DNA of 64,000 bases from Paraspadella gotoi (lineage: Eukaryota > Animalia > Chaetognatha). Below are positions 23,501 through 36,784 of the stretch, in pieces. The notes beneath the pieces are model-generated. The model was not told the DNA's origin, searched no databases, and was given only the letters and a program-made list of their open reading frames with translations. The stretch lies in assembly GCA_051294375.1 (NCBI GenBank), contig JBJCIZ010000824.1:1-64000 (forward strand), written 5' to 3'. A program made the position numbers and the translations under genes. Numbering within the stretch: position 1 is the stretch's first letter; each line of letters begins with the position of its first letter.

Positions 23501-24900
23501 GCAGCCAGAATATCATCCATCAATTTCATTCTATACGCACGCGTCTCAATCAATTTGTTTACCAAACGATAATCGATAGTCAGACGATTCTTCAATCTTG
23601 TTTCTCCAGTCGCAGGGTTCGTAACATGTCGGCTGACGATATGAGGATTCGAAATGAATTTAGAATCTAACGTTTTCTCAATTATACCGGCTTTCAAAAG
23701 TTTTTGTACATAATCTTTTAATATTTCAAGTTTGGCAGGAGNNNNNNNNNNATATCTATCAATCGTCGGTGGAGGATCATTAATTATGGGAAGTTCAACA
23801 GGGGGAAGATTCACCTTTTCTATCATTTGTCTCCATTTACCTGCCCAAAACACTCCTCTATAATTCCAAACAATATCTTTATATTTTTCAAGATAGTAAT
23901 TAGCCTTTTCAGAGCCTAATTCCCACAATTCTTTCTCTAAATCTTTCCAATCAAACTGAGACAAAAATTCATTTCGGTCAGGCCAATATTCATTCGAACT
24001 ATTTTTCTTCAATTCAGCCTCCCTATTTATCTCAAAATCCGGGAAAACAAGATCCGGCGCAGAAGACTTCGGCGGTGGTGAAAACTTCACTCCATTCTCC
24101 ATCACATCATCCGCTTGATGGGAAGTCAACTTTGAACCCTTGGGTAAGTCATCCACGTCAATCGGAGATGTCGAACTTACGTTTGAATCTATCACCTTGT
24201 GAATTATTGTTACATCTTTTGATTCATCCGTTTCCTCAAAAACCACTTCTCCAATAACCTGCCTAGCTCTCAGAGACCTTTCTGTTTTATTCTTGTTCAT
24301 AANNNNNNNNNNGTAAACCTTTTCTTTTCTCTCATAGGTAACGCCCAAGACATGAACCCCATCCTTCGGCTCTATACCCACTAAAGAATGAAGACAATCA
24401 TCAAAGTTGTGATCGCTAATCTCCACTTCAACCGGAGTGAGGCAAGCTGGTTCGAGTGTTTTCGACGTAAGTGGGAAGAATGTGATGTTTTGTTTCCCAT
24501 CTCGATCATTCGTAACTTCACCTTTGGCTTCCCGTTCCAAACTAATTCATTCGTTCGCCTTTATTTCCAAAACACGAGTCCACGTCTCAATATTACAATC
24601 ATTATTATCCCATCACATCACTTCCCAACAAAGTTGGACTTTCATATCCCATAACATAAGCGAAAACATTCAATTCCATTTTGTTTAATTTTAATGTTAT
24701 CATAACATATTCGGAACAGGATATTTCACCTCCTATGCCAACTAAAATCTTCGGCGTAGTTAATCTTAATATGTTTAATTTTAATCTAAGGCATTATTGT
24801 TTAGAAATCACAGTTCGATCGCTGCCCGTATCGACCTCAAAACAAATAACACGAAAACCGTTTCTATTGTTTATATTTCTATCTCACATTTCAAACACAG
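20563..24900 (-). CDS. pol (PR-RT-RNase H-IN), broken by indels
   Basis: PR EVDTGS; RT RLTIDYRLVN, CCDATDYFWQI, MGLKSAP, FVDD; RH TDAS..LGSVL, KELFS; IN as above. RT-RH-IN order indicates Ty3/Gypsy. Confidence 0.92.
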
Positions 24901-25086
24901 GCAAGATTAACAGATTTCCTTGACGACGTACTTTACTCTTTCGTCATACCTCACCAGAACCCTTTAACCCTATGTACCCGTTCTAGTCAATCGAGTCAGA
25001 TTTCAGTGACAATAGTCCTCAAAATCGTCTGCTATAAATGTCCATCCTTTACGCTTTATTTTCCCTTCCTCCCGCCTCCTTCTCTT

Positions 25087-26108
25087 TTAATTCTCGTTTC
25101 GTTTCTTTTCGCTTTCAAAAGAGAGTAAAATTATTCGAGCCATTCTACAGCCTAAAGAGAAATGTTTCGCTTTCTGCACATCTTTCTTACAAAACAAGCA
25201 TCGTTTCTTAGGACATTTCATGGCCATGTGATCTTCGTCAAAACAATTCCAGCACACATTTCTTCCGATGTTTTTCTTTTCAGCCAATTCGATATACCGC
25301 GATTTCTTTTGAACCATCGCAAAAGATTTCGATTTACATTCCTCATCCTCACTTCCCTCGCTTTCGAAAAGAAAACCATCATCCTGGTCCGCAACGGAAA
25401 AAAAACCTTCGGTCGGTCAGTCCGCATCCAAAACGCGAACGATCATTCACAGAATTTCTAAGGCCACATGCATAACCCACGAGCTCCCTAAACGTATAAC
25501 TAGTATAATTCGAACGTACTAAAGCGGCGCCAATCATTCGATCAGTCAGATAAACTTCAAAGACTGAGAATCAACATCCCGCTCCAGTTTCAGACAGAAA
25601 ATACGAAAACGTCTAGCATATTCCATAATTGTATCGCTACCCTGCTTCAGACGACGAAAACCCTGCTCGAGCTCCGTCTGGGGACTAGGGAAAGTAAGGC
25701 GGAAAACCTCAGCAAAGAAATTTTCCAAATCAAAATCATCAGATTGGGACATCCATTCAAACGTCGCATCAGCATTCGCACGCACATGATTACGACAATG
25801 CAAACTAGCAACCAAGCATCGAACCTGTTCGCTTTCATCACCAAAATATTTCTTAATGTCGCCTTTCAAAATAGATTCATTCGTAATATACTCAATAATA
25901 TCTTTAGAACTGGATAAAGTAGTTTTTATAATTTTATACGAATCGGTCAAAACGCCTCTAATTCCTTTTCCTCTCGTTGCAGATGACGACTCACCAGGGC
26001 GAGGAGCCCTCGAAGGCGCAGACCCCGAAGTCGTCGGCGCCCAACCAGGTGCAGCATCCCCGCAAGATGGCGGCGGCGGCGGAGCGGAACCGACTCGTCC
26101 CCACGCCG
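25087..26108 (-). CDS. gag (capsid-like region and two zinc knuckles), frameshifted
   Basis: LKQGSDTIMEYARRF (major-homology-like); CWNCFDEDHMAMKC (CX2CX4HX4C) and CLFC-X8-H-X4-C. Confidence 0.85.
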
Positions 26109-26471
26109 NNNNNNNNNNNNNNNNNNNNNNNNNNNNNNNNNNNNNNNNNNNNNNNNNNNNNNNNNNNNNNNNNNNNNNNNNNNNNNNNNNNNNNNNNNNN
26201 NNNNNNNNGATCTCTTAAATACTACTTTTGACCAATAAGAAGCTAGAATTGAGGTTAGGAAAAATAAGAAAACTTTAAACCAATAGGAAAGCAGGAATTA
26301 TTAAGTTACGATTCTGACTCTAAATATAGGTTCGTTTCCTCGATTCGAACGGACACAGTTAAACTCAGATAAAATCATTAAATATCTCTAACAGTATCCT
26401 TTCGTTTCGTTGTGTTATGAGATTAGCAAAATATTTGTTTTGTTACAACAACAATTTTATTTGACATAAAA

Positions 26472-26514
26472 AACAGACGTGTTTTCGACTCTGTTTCAAG
26501 TCTTTATCAGTGCA
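26472..26514 (-). ncRNA. Degenerate Penelope-type minimal hammerhead motif
   Basis: Minus strand gca CTGATAA a gact-tgaaacag-agtc GAAAACACGTC tgt, then AATAAA. The core has CUGAUAA instead of CUGAUGA. Confidence 0.45.
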
Positions 26515-27159
26515 TTCAAGAGCCAGAGTTAAAGAAAAAATACCATTAAATACTTTAGTTTGTTTTAAACCTTAATATTTTAAATTTAAAGTTAAATTAT
26601 AAAATTAACCGATCTTAACGGTTAACCGTTAAAAATTTTAGTTTTAACGGTTAAGCAAATTTCCTAAAAAATTAATGGTTATCGGAACTCTACTTTTGAT
26701 TTCTTTCTTTTTTTCTGGGTGCCTCTGCTGCTGCCGCTGCTGATTCATCCGAAAACGATTTAGATTCTCTCTCTCTTTCTCTTTCTTTTTTTTTCTCAGG
26801 GGCTGCATCTGCTGATCAGTTTATTTTTTTACAATGAAAATTTGTTTTTCTTCTTTTTTTTTCAGAAACTAACTTTAATTTTCCTCAGTACTTTATTATT
26901 TTTTTTTCTCTCTCTCTTTTTTTCTCTCTCTTTCTCTTTTTTCTCTCTTTCTTTTTTTTTCTCAGGGGCTGCGTCTGCTGATCAGTTTATTTGACAATGA
27001 AAAAGTTCTCTCTTGCTGCTTCTGCTAATTCGTCCGAAAATGATTTGGCTTCTCTCTCTCTCTGCGTTTCTATTTAAAAAAAAAAGAATTAGGATTGAAC
27101 TCGTAAAATTAAGCATGGCATTCGTGAATGTTATCATTTTGCTATCGCAACATCGGATT

Positions 27160-27640
27160 TTTTTATTCTTTTTTCTCGTCACTCTCTCTTTTTTTTCTTT
27201 CCTTTTTGTTTTTTTTTCTATTCTTTCTTTCCTTTTTATTCTTTCTTTCCTTTTTATTCTTTTTTCCTTTATATTCTCTCTTTCCTTTCTATTCTCTCTT
27301 TCTATTCTATTCTTTCTTTCCTTTATATTCTTTCTTTCCTTCTATTCTTTCTTTTCTTTCTTTTCTTTTTTACCTTTTTATTCTTTTTTTTTCTATTCTT
27401 TCTTTCCTTTCTATTCTTTCTTTCCTTTCTATTCTTTCTTTCCTTTTTATTCTTTCTTTCTTTTTTATTCTTTCTTTCTTTTCTTTCTTTCCTTTATATT
27501 TTTTCTTACCTTTCTATTCTTTCTTTCCTTTCTATTTTTTCTTACCTTTCTATTCTTTCTTTCCTTTCTATTCTTTTTTATATTTATTCTTTTCTTTTTT
27601 TTTTCTGTTTTTAAATTTTTTTTTCTCAAATTTGATTTTT
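27160..27640. repeat. (TTTC/TTCT)-rich low-complexity array
   Basis: Repeating ttctattctttctttcct-like units. Confidence 0.85.
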
Positions 27641-27714
27641 TTAGTATCAAAATTTGTCATCAATCCAGATTTTTCTCATGCGATTGCAACGATCCTTATG
27701 CTTTTAAGATTTTT

Positions 27715-28400
27715 TAGTCTGATCTGTTTATCTGCAGATCCCGACTCTATAATTCACTTTGTTGCTCCGTCGGTCCGTCCCCTAAATCTTATCGGGCATT
27801 CACTTATATCATGTCAGAACATCGAATTATGATAAATTATGCAAAAAAAATGATGTCCATCTGTCTTTCCGTCCATCTGTTCATCCCACCTTAGCAAAAA
27901 ACACTAATTACTCGTGATTTGATGGATGGAATGAAATTTTTTGTGAGGGTAGGGAAGTGTGTGATTGAGCTGGATATGAAGTTTTGATAGAAACGTCCTA
28001 GTGGAAATGAGTTTAAATGGAAAAAACAAAAAAATATATTTCACTATTTGAACGCCAATTAAATGGAAAAACCTAAAAAACCTGTTTCACTATTTGATTA
28101 TGCTTATTTTCTTTTTGTATTAAATGTAAATGCAAGATGTATTAATTAATCAAATAACTAATCAGTTAATTAATCAATTAGTCAATTAATTAATAATTAA
28201 ATAATCAGTCAATCAATTAAGTCAATCATTATCGGCATTATTCTCATCGTCGTCATTGCTTTTGTCATGGTTAGTGACGAAAAGACCTAAAAACAAACAT
28301 TTGGGATCAAATTAAATAATTAATTGCCTAATTAATTATTTAATTATTAATTAATTACCGATAATGATCGTGGGCAGATCCGACATTGTTTGCTCAAACT
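27715..28400 (+). mobile_element. DINE-1/HINE-like non-autonomous Helentron-type element, copy A
   Basis: 5' inverted repeat agtc(t)gatctg..cagatcc, degenerate GTCC tract, 3' GCAGATCCGAC plus GTTTG-ct-CAAAC hairpin and TT. Confidence 0.65.
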
Positions 28401-29027
28401 TATTTCATTGTATATAAAAGTAAAAAGCCCAAAAAAACTTTTTCAACTCATTTTATTATTGTGTATCAAATCGTTCAGACAGGACAGGACATTAACCTTT
28501 GTCTTGATATAGGGTCCCCCCCTGTATTGAGGCGTAGTGAATGTTACATACAAAAATTCTAAAAGTCAATTATGAACAACATACAATCAGTAAACATTAA
28601 TTTGAAAAAAAAGGTATGTTTTTTTAATTTTTGCAGTAGGCTATATTTATATATAGTACTGTTTTTATAAAATTGTAAAAAATTCAAAATAGGCTTTTCT
28701 TAATTTTGATTGCAGATTTGAATTCCTCGTCAAAAGTTGATAAAAGAAAATATAAATTATTTCATTAAGTGTGTTTAAAATTAAAAAAACTATTTAATAT
28801 ATAAAAAGTTAATTTTCAGCTTAAAATATAGCTTTTTCTAATTTTTGACCCACTTAATGAAGGAATTTTTCAAAAAGAGTTATATTTCTCTTCATCAACT
28901 TTTTATGACGAATCCAAATCTGCAAAAAAATCTTAGAAAAAACTGTTTTGAAATTTTAACATTTATTGGTTTAGTACTAGTATAAATATGGCCTACTGCG
29001 TAAATTGTAAAATTTATTATAAATTTT

Positions 29028-30024
29028 TAGTCGGATCTGCTTATCAGCAGATCCAGACTCTATAATTCACTTTGGTGGTCCGTCGATCCGCCCCCTCAAA
29101 ATTGTCGGGCACTAACTTATATCATGTCAGAACATCAAATTATGATAAATTATACCAAAAAAAATGATGTCCGTCCGTCCGTCCGTCCGTCCGTCCGTCC
29201 CACCTTAGCAAAGAACTCCAATTACTCGTGATTTGATGGATGGATTGGTATGAAATCTCGTGTGTGGATAGGAAACTGTGTGATTGAGATGGATATAAAG
29301 TTTCGAGGGAATCGTGCGAGTGGAAATCAGTTTAAATGGAAAAAACAAAAAAATATATTTCACTATTTGAACGCCAATTGCTCATGAGTGGATAGGGCAA
29401 TTGACTTGAAATTTTGTAAGATGGTAGGAAAGTGTGTGATTGAGCTGGATATAAAGTTTACTTGAAGTATTTTTACTTTAATTTACTCATAATTATTATG
29501 TTTATTAAAAATTGGATATATAAATCGAAATTGAATTTTGTGTGTGGGTAGGAAAGTATGTGATAAAGCTGGATATAAATTGTTTGATGGAATCGTAGGA
29601 GTGGAAAAGAGTTCAAATTAGAAAATCAAAAGACACATTTATTGGAATATTTTAAAGTTTCTCTCTCTCTATCTCTCTCTGAATGATTGATTGATTGATT
29701 GACCAAATTATGCCAATTGACAAAAATATGGCAGTTGACCAAATTCTTAAAGTTTACCAAATTATGCCTATTGACCAAATTATGCCAGTTGACCAAATTA
29801 GGCCAGTTGATAAAATTATGCCAGTTGACCAAATTATGCCGGTTGATCAAATTATCTTAATTGATCAAATTATGTCAGTTGACCAAATTATGTAAGTTGA
29901 CCAAATTATGTCAGTAGACCAAATTAAGTCAGTTAACCAAATTATGTCAAATTATGCAAGTTGACCAAGTTAGCTTATTACCACTTAATTATCGTAGGCA
30001 GATCCGACATGTTTGCTCAAACTT
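29028..30024 (+). mobile_element. DINE-1/HINE-like element, copy B
   Basis: AGTCGGATCTGC-ttatca-GCAGATCC 5' inverted repeat, (GTCC)n, 18-bp tandem array, 3' subterminal repeat and hairpin, inserted in a T-run. Confidence 0.75.
29698..29970. repeat. 18-bp tandem array (gttgaccaaattatgcca)
   Basis: Head-to-tail units with no spacers; second array at 31787-32210. Confidence 0.9.
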
Positions 30025-30812
30025 GTTTTATTACATAAATGTCATTAGTATAATGTTGTTTGTTCTTCAATTTTAGAATTTTAATTAAAGTTAAATTTAG
30101 AAATTTTACTATGCCTTACCCTGTAAGTTTAAATAAAAAAGAAAAAGACTCGTTTTACTATTTGATTTTCTTTTTTTTATATGAAATGAAAATAGTAGTT
30201 ATAAAAACGAATAAATACATAAATTCTTTAAAAAAATAATTAAATAATAATTGAATCAAATAATGAATTAATTTTGCACAGTAGTTAGGGTTGATAATAC
30301 TTGTTGCTTATCATTACTTACTGCTTACTGTTATTTAAATAATAAATATATTAATTAAATAATTAATTAGTTCGCTAATTGAATAATTATATAATTTTTT
30401 TATTATCTGCCTATCATTACTTATTGCTTAATAATTAATCAAATCAATGTATGAAATAAATAATTGATTAGTTAATCATCTGATTCGATTCTTTGATCGT
30501 CGCTTCATCGTCGCTCTCGCCATCGCAACTGCTTCCTCATCGCATCTGCTTCCTCATCGTTTGTTCATCCCGATCCTGACCGAGGCTTAATTTTTTCTTT
30601 AGACAGTAAACTACCATACAAAAACGCTGAGGGGATTCGCCTCCTGTTTCTTCTTCATCCCTTTTCTTCATCCTTTTCGTTACAGGGCTCATTGATTTTC
30701 GTGATTTTCTTTCCTTATTATTCCTATTCTTGCATTTTGCTTATAACTCGACGTCGCTTTCTCAATATACGCTTTACCTTTTATTTTTTGTTCTATTATT
30801 TCTCAAGGATAC

Positions 30813-30830
30813 TTATTATTATTATTATTA

Positions 30831-30908
<78 letters not shown>
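30813..30908. repeat. (TAT)n microsatellite
   Basis: About 32 triplets. Confidence 0.95.
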
Positions 30909-30909
<1 letters not shown>

Positions 30910-30987
30910 ATTTGCGCAAATAAATAAAATTAATAAAATATTTGACTGTCCTTTCTCTCTTTCTGGCAAAAAGAATCGGCGAATTTT

Positions 30988-33008
30988 TAGTCGGATCTGC
31001 CCTATATCAGCCAGACTCCCGACTCTATAACTCACTTTTTCGGTCGTCGGTCCGCCCCCTCAATATTTGCGGGCACACACTTATATCATGTCAGAACATC
31101 GAATTAGATAAATTATGCAAAAAAAACGATGTCCGTCCGTCCGTCTGTCTGTCCGTCCGTCCGTCGTCGTCCGTCCGTCCGTCCGTCCGTCCGTCCGTCC
31201 GTCCGTCCGTCCGTCCGTCCGCTCGTCCGTCCGTCCGTCCCACCTTAGCAAAAAACTCCAATTACTCGTGATTGGATGGTAAGGTATTGTATGAAATTTT
31301 GTGTGTGGGTAGGAAACAGTGTGATTGAGATGGATATGAGTTTTGAGGAATCGTGCGAGTGGAAATTGGTGTTTAAATGGAAAAAACAAAAAAATATATT
31401 TCACTATTTGAACGCAATTGCTCATGAGTATAGGGCAATTGACTTGAAATTTTGCTATGATGGGTAGAGAGGGAAGTGTGAGATTGAGCTGGATATAAAG
31501 TTTCGATGGAAATCGTGCGAGTGGAAATGATTAAAATGGAAAAAACAAAAGTCATATTACTTAAAGCTATTATTTACTTAAATTTACTCATAATTATTAT
31601 GTTTATTAAAAATTGGATAGATAAATCGAAATGGAATTTTGTGTGTGAGTATGTGATGATAAAGCTGGATATAAATTTTTTGATGGAATCGTAGGAGTGG
31701 AAAAGAGTTCAAATTAGAAAACCAAATTTATTTGAATTTTTTAAAGTTTCTCTCTCTCTCTCTCTGATTGTTGATTGATTGATTGATTGACCAAATTATG
31801 CCGATTGACCAAATTATGCCAACTGACAAAAATATGCCAGTTGACCAAATTCTTAAAGTTCACCAAATTATGCCAGTTGACCAAATTCTGCAAATTGATC
31901 AAGTCTTGCAAGTTGACCAAATTATGCCTGTTGACCAAATTTATGCCTGTTGACCAAATCATGCCAGTTGACCAAATTATGCCAGATGACCAATATATGC
32001 TAGTTGACCAAATTAGGCAAGTTGATAAAATTATGCCGGTTGACCAAATATATTAATTGTATCAATTATGTCATTGATCCAAATTATGTCAGTTGACCAA
32101 ATCTATGTCAGTTGACCAAATTATGTCAGTTGACCAAATTATAGTCATGTGTGTGACCAATTATGCAGTTGACCAAATTATGCAAGTTGATTAAATTATG
32201 CAAGTTGAACAAGTTAGCTTATAACCACTTAATTATCGATTGACCTGGAATTTTGATATGTGAGTAGAAAATGTGTGTGTGATTGAACAGGAAACCAAGT
32301 TTCGATGGAATCTTTTGAGTGGAAATGAGTTAAATGGAAAAAAACAAAAAACCTGTTTTCACTAATTGATTATGCATCTTTTTCCTTTTATATTAAATGT
32401 ATATGCAGGATGTATTATAAATCAAATAATTAATCAGTTAATTAATCAATTAGTTAATTAATTAATCAATAATTAATTAATCAGTCAATCAATCCGTCCA
32501 TCCGTCCCACCTTAGCAAAAAGCTCCAATAACTCGTGATTGGCTGGTTGGATTGAAAAGAAATTTTGTGTGTGGGTAGGAAAGTGTGTGATAAAGCTGGA
32601 TATAAAGTTTCGACGGAATCGTGTGAGTTTAAGAGGAAACAACATAAGTCGCATTTATAAAATATATTTTAATTATTTTAACCAATAAGTACTCGAATTA
32701 ATCATAATTGGATGGATAGATTGAGTTCAAATTTTTTGTGTGGGTAGAAAAAATTGTAACGATGCTTGATATTAAAGTTTCGGTGGAAACGTACGAGTGG
32801 AAATGAGTTTAAATGAAAAAAATATGAGTCACATTTACTTGAATCTTTTTACTTATTTTAACCCATAATAGATTGAGATGAAATTTTGTGAGCGGGGTAG
32901 GAAAGTGTGTGAAGAAGCTAGAATAAAGTTTTGACGGAATTGTGCCAGTGGAAATGAGTTTAAATGGAAAAAACATAAGTTACATTTACTTGAATCTTTA
33001 TTATTTAT

Positions 33009-33054
<46 letters not shown>

Positions 33055-34508
33055 CAGAAAAATGAGCATAGGATCGTCGCAATTGCAAAGAGAGAGAAGA
33101 GAGCAGAAAAATGAGCATAAGGATCGTTGCAATTGCAAAGAGAGAGAGAGAAGGAGAGAGAGAGAGAGAGAGAGAGTCCGAAATAATGTCCGAAGTAATT
33201 ACATTGTTAATCAACCAAATGTAGAAGCAATTGAGATACAAACGGCATTGAACGGCATTGAAAGGCATTGAACGACATAGAAACGCATGGAACGGCATTG
33301 AACGCTGGACTATAAAAAGATAATATAAACGAATTAATAAAAACCTTAATATAGAATTAAATCAAGTAAAGAAACATTAAAACAAACCTGCTTCACGTTC
33401 TTAAAGCTTGAGAACTACTAATATAATTCTTATTTCTCTCACAAAGGTAAGTTTCTTCACTTAGATATATAGTAAACATTTTAGGCAAAAAGAGCAACGA
33501 TTTTTGGGAAACTTGCAACACGGAAATATTTAACAGGGTTTTTGTAGAGCTTAAGAAGTTAAATGAAAGTTAGTACTATAAATTTTTCAAATTTTGTCAA
33601 TAAATTAGTTAAAAATAGAAAAAAACCTTAAAAAATTATCATCTCATCATCATTATTGGCGGAATTTTTTTTTTTTAATTTTTCATAAATAAAACCAAAA
33701 AAAAGTTGTATTAATAACCTTTATCTAACTTTTAAAGCTCTATCAGAATCTATAAAAAAAATGATAAGCAAAATTTTAAAAATTATTTTCATTTTCATAT
33801 TATTTAATAGTTGCTTAACCATTAACCATTATCCATTTGAGAGAACTTCAAGTTTTCAACCTGTTCCGGTGCAATATCTAGTAAGGCGGGCCAAAATTGA
33901 ACACTTTTTCTAACTCCTAGTTCTCTTTAAATTTTTTTTTCCTTTTACTACTTAATCGATTTTCAATGTAACTTTTTGATTTAGTTCATTGGGTTGTTGC
34001 ACTGAAGCTTTTAAATATTTATTAATATATAATAATTATATAAAGTTTTGACGGAATTGTGCCAGTGGAAATGAGTTTAGATGGAAAAAACATAAGTCAC
34101 ATATACTTGAATCTTTAATATTAATGATTACTAATAAATGTTTTAATTAATTAATTAGTAAATTAATTAATTAATTAATGTGAAAAAATGAGTGCAAGTC
34201 TAAAAAAATCTTAAAAGCATAAAGATCGTCGCAATTTCATAAAGAGAAAGAGAGAGAGAGAGAGAGAGTGAGAGTGAGAGAGACAAGGAGACATAAAATA
34301 AAATAAAGGATATTTGTTTGTTTTGATAAAATGCAAACAAAACATATTTAATAACTGTCCTAACCCAATTTTAAGGACATCGATGATGATAAGTTGAATA
34401 TAAATTTAAAATTAATTATTACATATTAAAATTAATTAATTAATTAATTAATCGATTAATTAATTAATTAATTATCGTAGGCAGATCCGACATTGTTTGC
34501 TCAAACTT
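30988..34508 (+). mobile_element. DINE-1/HINE-like element, copy C (long, composite)
   Basis: Same termini, long (GTCC)n at 31131-31240, 18-bp array, repeated ~60-bp core subunits. Confidence 0.6.
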
Positions 34509-34785
34509 GTTTATTAATCACGCGCTCGATTCTCCGCTCGATTAATTAAGAACTCGCAATCCGAATTCTAAGAGTTTCTAAGCGGTAGTCAGATTCAGCA
34601 AAAATCTTGAATGGAGAAAGTCTTCCGTCGAAGGGGCAAAATTTTGAATGTTTTTTTTAGATTTCTCCTAAATGCGTGGTCCAATTTACATGAAACTTGA
34701 TATTTACAATATTCCCGTTATTCTACGTCGGGAGGTATAAAAATATATTAAAAATTCATCTGGGTTCTCGGGAGACATTTATTCC

Positions 34786-35340
34786 TAACATTATACTAAT
34801 GAACATTTATGTAATAAAATAATTTATATTAAATTTTAAAATTTACGCAGTAGGCCATATTTATACTTATATTTATCCAATAATTGTTAAAATTTAAAAA
34901 TTATTTTTTGTAAGATTTTTTTTGCAGATTTGGATTTGTCATGAAAAGTTGATATAAAGAAATATAACTCTTTTTTAAAAATTCCTTCATTAAGTGGGTC
35001 AAAAATTAGAAAAAGTTATATTTTAAGCTGAAAATTAACTTTTTATATTTTAAATATAGTTTTTTTAATTTTTAACCCACTTAATGAAAGAATTTTTAAA
35101 AATGATTTAAATTTTTTTATATCAACTTTTGACGAGGAATTCAAATCTGCAATCAAAATTAAGAAAAGCCTATTTTGAAATTTTTACGATTTTATAAGGA
35201 TAATACTATATATAAATATAGCCTACTGCGAAAATTAAAAAAACACAAAATTACTTTTTTTTACAAATTAATGTTCAATGATAGTATGTTGTTCATAATT
35301 GACTTTTAGAATTTTCATATGTAACTTTCACTACGCCTTA
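34786..35340 (-). mobile_element. Palindromic MITE-like repeat, uninterrupted copy
   Basis: Reverse complement of 28530-29025 plus 30025-30057. Confidence 0.65.
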
Positions 35341-35646
35341 AGGAACAGATTCTGGTCACAAAAAAGGGGTACCACATTTTATAATATGAAGCCTTCTGTA
35401 TATACTTATTACTATATATAAATATTGCTTACTGGTGCTCACTAATGTATAAAATAAAAAAATCAATTTACCAAAGTTTTTATTTTCATGTTTTATATGC
35501 TAAATTTTAATTTTCTAAAATTTTATCATTTTCACATCACTCTATTGTATAGCCGGAATCTGATATAAGCTGATCCAGCTAAAAAACAAAAATGTTAAAA
35601 ATTGTAGACTAACAAACTATATATTAAAATCCGAATTTTATTTCAG

Positions 35647-36293
35647 TTTTATGATCTTCTCCATCCTTCCAAGTGTACTAACTGTCATCGTGGAGAATAT
35701 CAAGACATCATTGGAGGTTCAGTCTGCTTATCCTGTCCAATTGGAACATATCAGGAAAAGGTACGCAGCTCCCAGTGCTCTAAAACCTGTAAAAGAGGAA
35801 CAATGACTAATAAACCAGTTCGAGCAACTTCTTGCATGAATTGTCCTCCAGGTTCATTTAAAGATAAAGATACAAGCCCTACATGTTATGCTTGTGAACC
35901 TGGAACGAGAGCATTAAAGAGTGGGTCCACCAGATGTGAACTATGCCCTAATGATTGGTTTATGAATTTAGCGGGACAAAAGCACTGTGCAGCTTGTGGA
36001 TATGGTTGTACAAGTACAAAAGGTTCTACCAGATGTTATTCAAAAGAAAGGAAAACAGTAAAAAATAAGATTCTTCCATGTACTGTAAGATACATTGATG
36101 TAAATGATTCTGAATCTCATGGTGATCAAAATCAAAATATGTGTTTTTCAATTTCAGTAATTAAAAAATTAGCAGAAGTAAAAAATTATAATATAAATAA
36201 CCCAGCTTCACTTTGGGATGCCCTAAAAAAGACTGGTGAAAATTTGCTAAAGGTAGCTCAGGAGTTTATATTGAAAATGCAACCAAAAGCTCG
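35647..36293 (+). CDS. Host exon with tandem Cys-rich GCC2/GCC3 (ephrin-receptor-like) repeats
   Basis: tttcag| acceptor and cg|gtaagt donor; open frame CTNCHRGEYQ..CLSCPIGTYQ..CMNCPPGSFK..CYACEPGT..CELCPND. Confidence 0.8.
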
Positions 36294-36784
36294 GTAAGTA
36301 TTATCTGCTTAGTGCAATAATTCACTTTGTTGGTTTCATGGTCCACCAAAAATTTATTAAAATAACAATTAAAAAGTTTCAGTTAACAATTTGGAATCTG
36401 CCCATATATTTTAATGGTAACTCATGATAAGTTTTACAATATTGTGGATGCAACAAGTTTCAGACTAAGAATTAATTTATTCTTCAACAAGGTTAATGAC
36501 AATAACAGTCAAAAGACACAGATGCTAATTTTATAGCAATTGGTATTTATAAGATCAAAGTTTGACCATAAACAGAATGAGAGAAAACGGTTGAGGTTAA
36601 GGTTGGTAAATTCAGTTTTAACAGAGGTTCTAGTTGGTTGGCGACTTCGCCATGGCGAATCGCAGGGCTTTGGCGATGTTCGCCTGTCCCCCCACTGGCG
36701 ACCTCGCCCAGTGATAAAAGTAGGTGAATTATAATGAAAGCGCAGCTAACAGGGGGATGAACATCACCTACAGGCTCCTCTCCC

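Larger units (their letters stand above)
19109..26108 (-). mobile_element. Family A segment 4 (antisense exon 2 to gag); 5' LTR lost in the 100-N gap
   Basis: Contains gag, PR, RT, RH, IN and SGNH in Gypsy order. Confidence 0.92.
28530..30057 (+). mobile_element. Palindromic MITE-like repeat interrupted by HINE copy B
   Basis: Internal ~400-bp imperfect palindrome (28620-29010); reverse-complement copy at 34786-35340; homology resumes after 30024. Confidence 0.65.

Noticed and set aside
27013-27832. 234-aa F/L/S-rich 'membrane proteins' (also 768-1031)
   Set aside because: Translation of pyrimidine-rich low-complexity DNA.
29698-32210. 18-bp arrays as CRISPR or as MPVDQI repeat proteins
   Set aside because: Head-to-tail repeats without spacers, inside a non-autonomous eukaryotic element; the ORFs are by-products.
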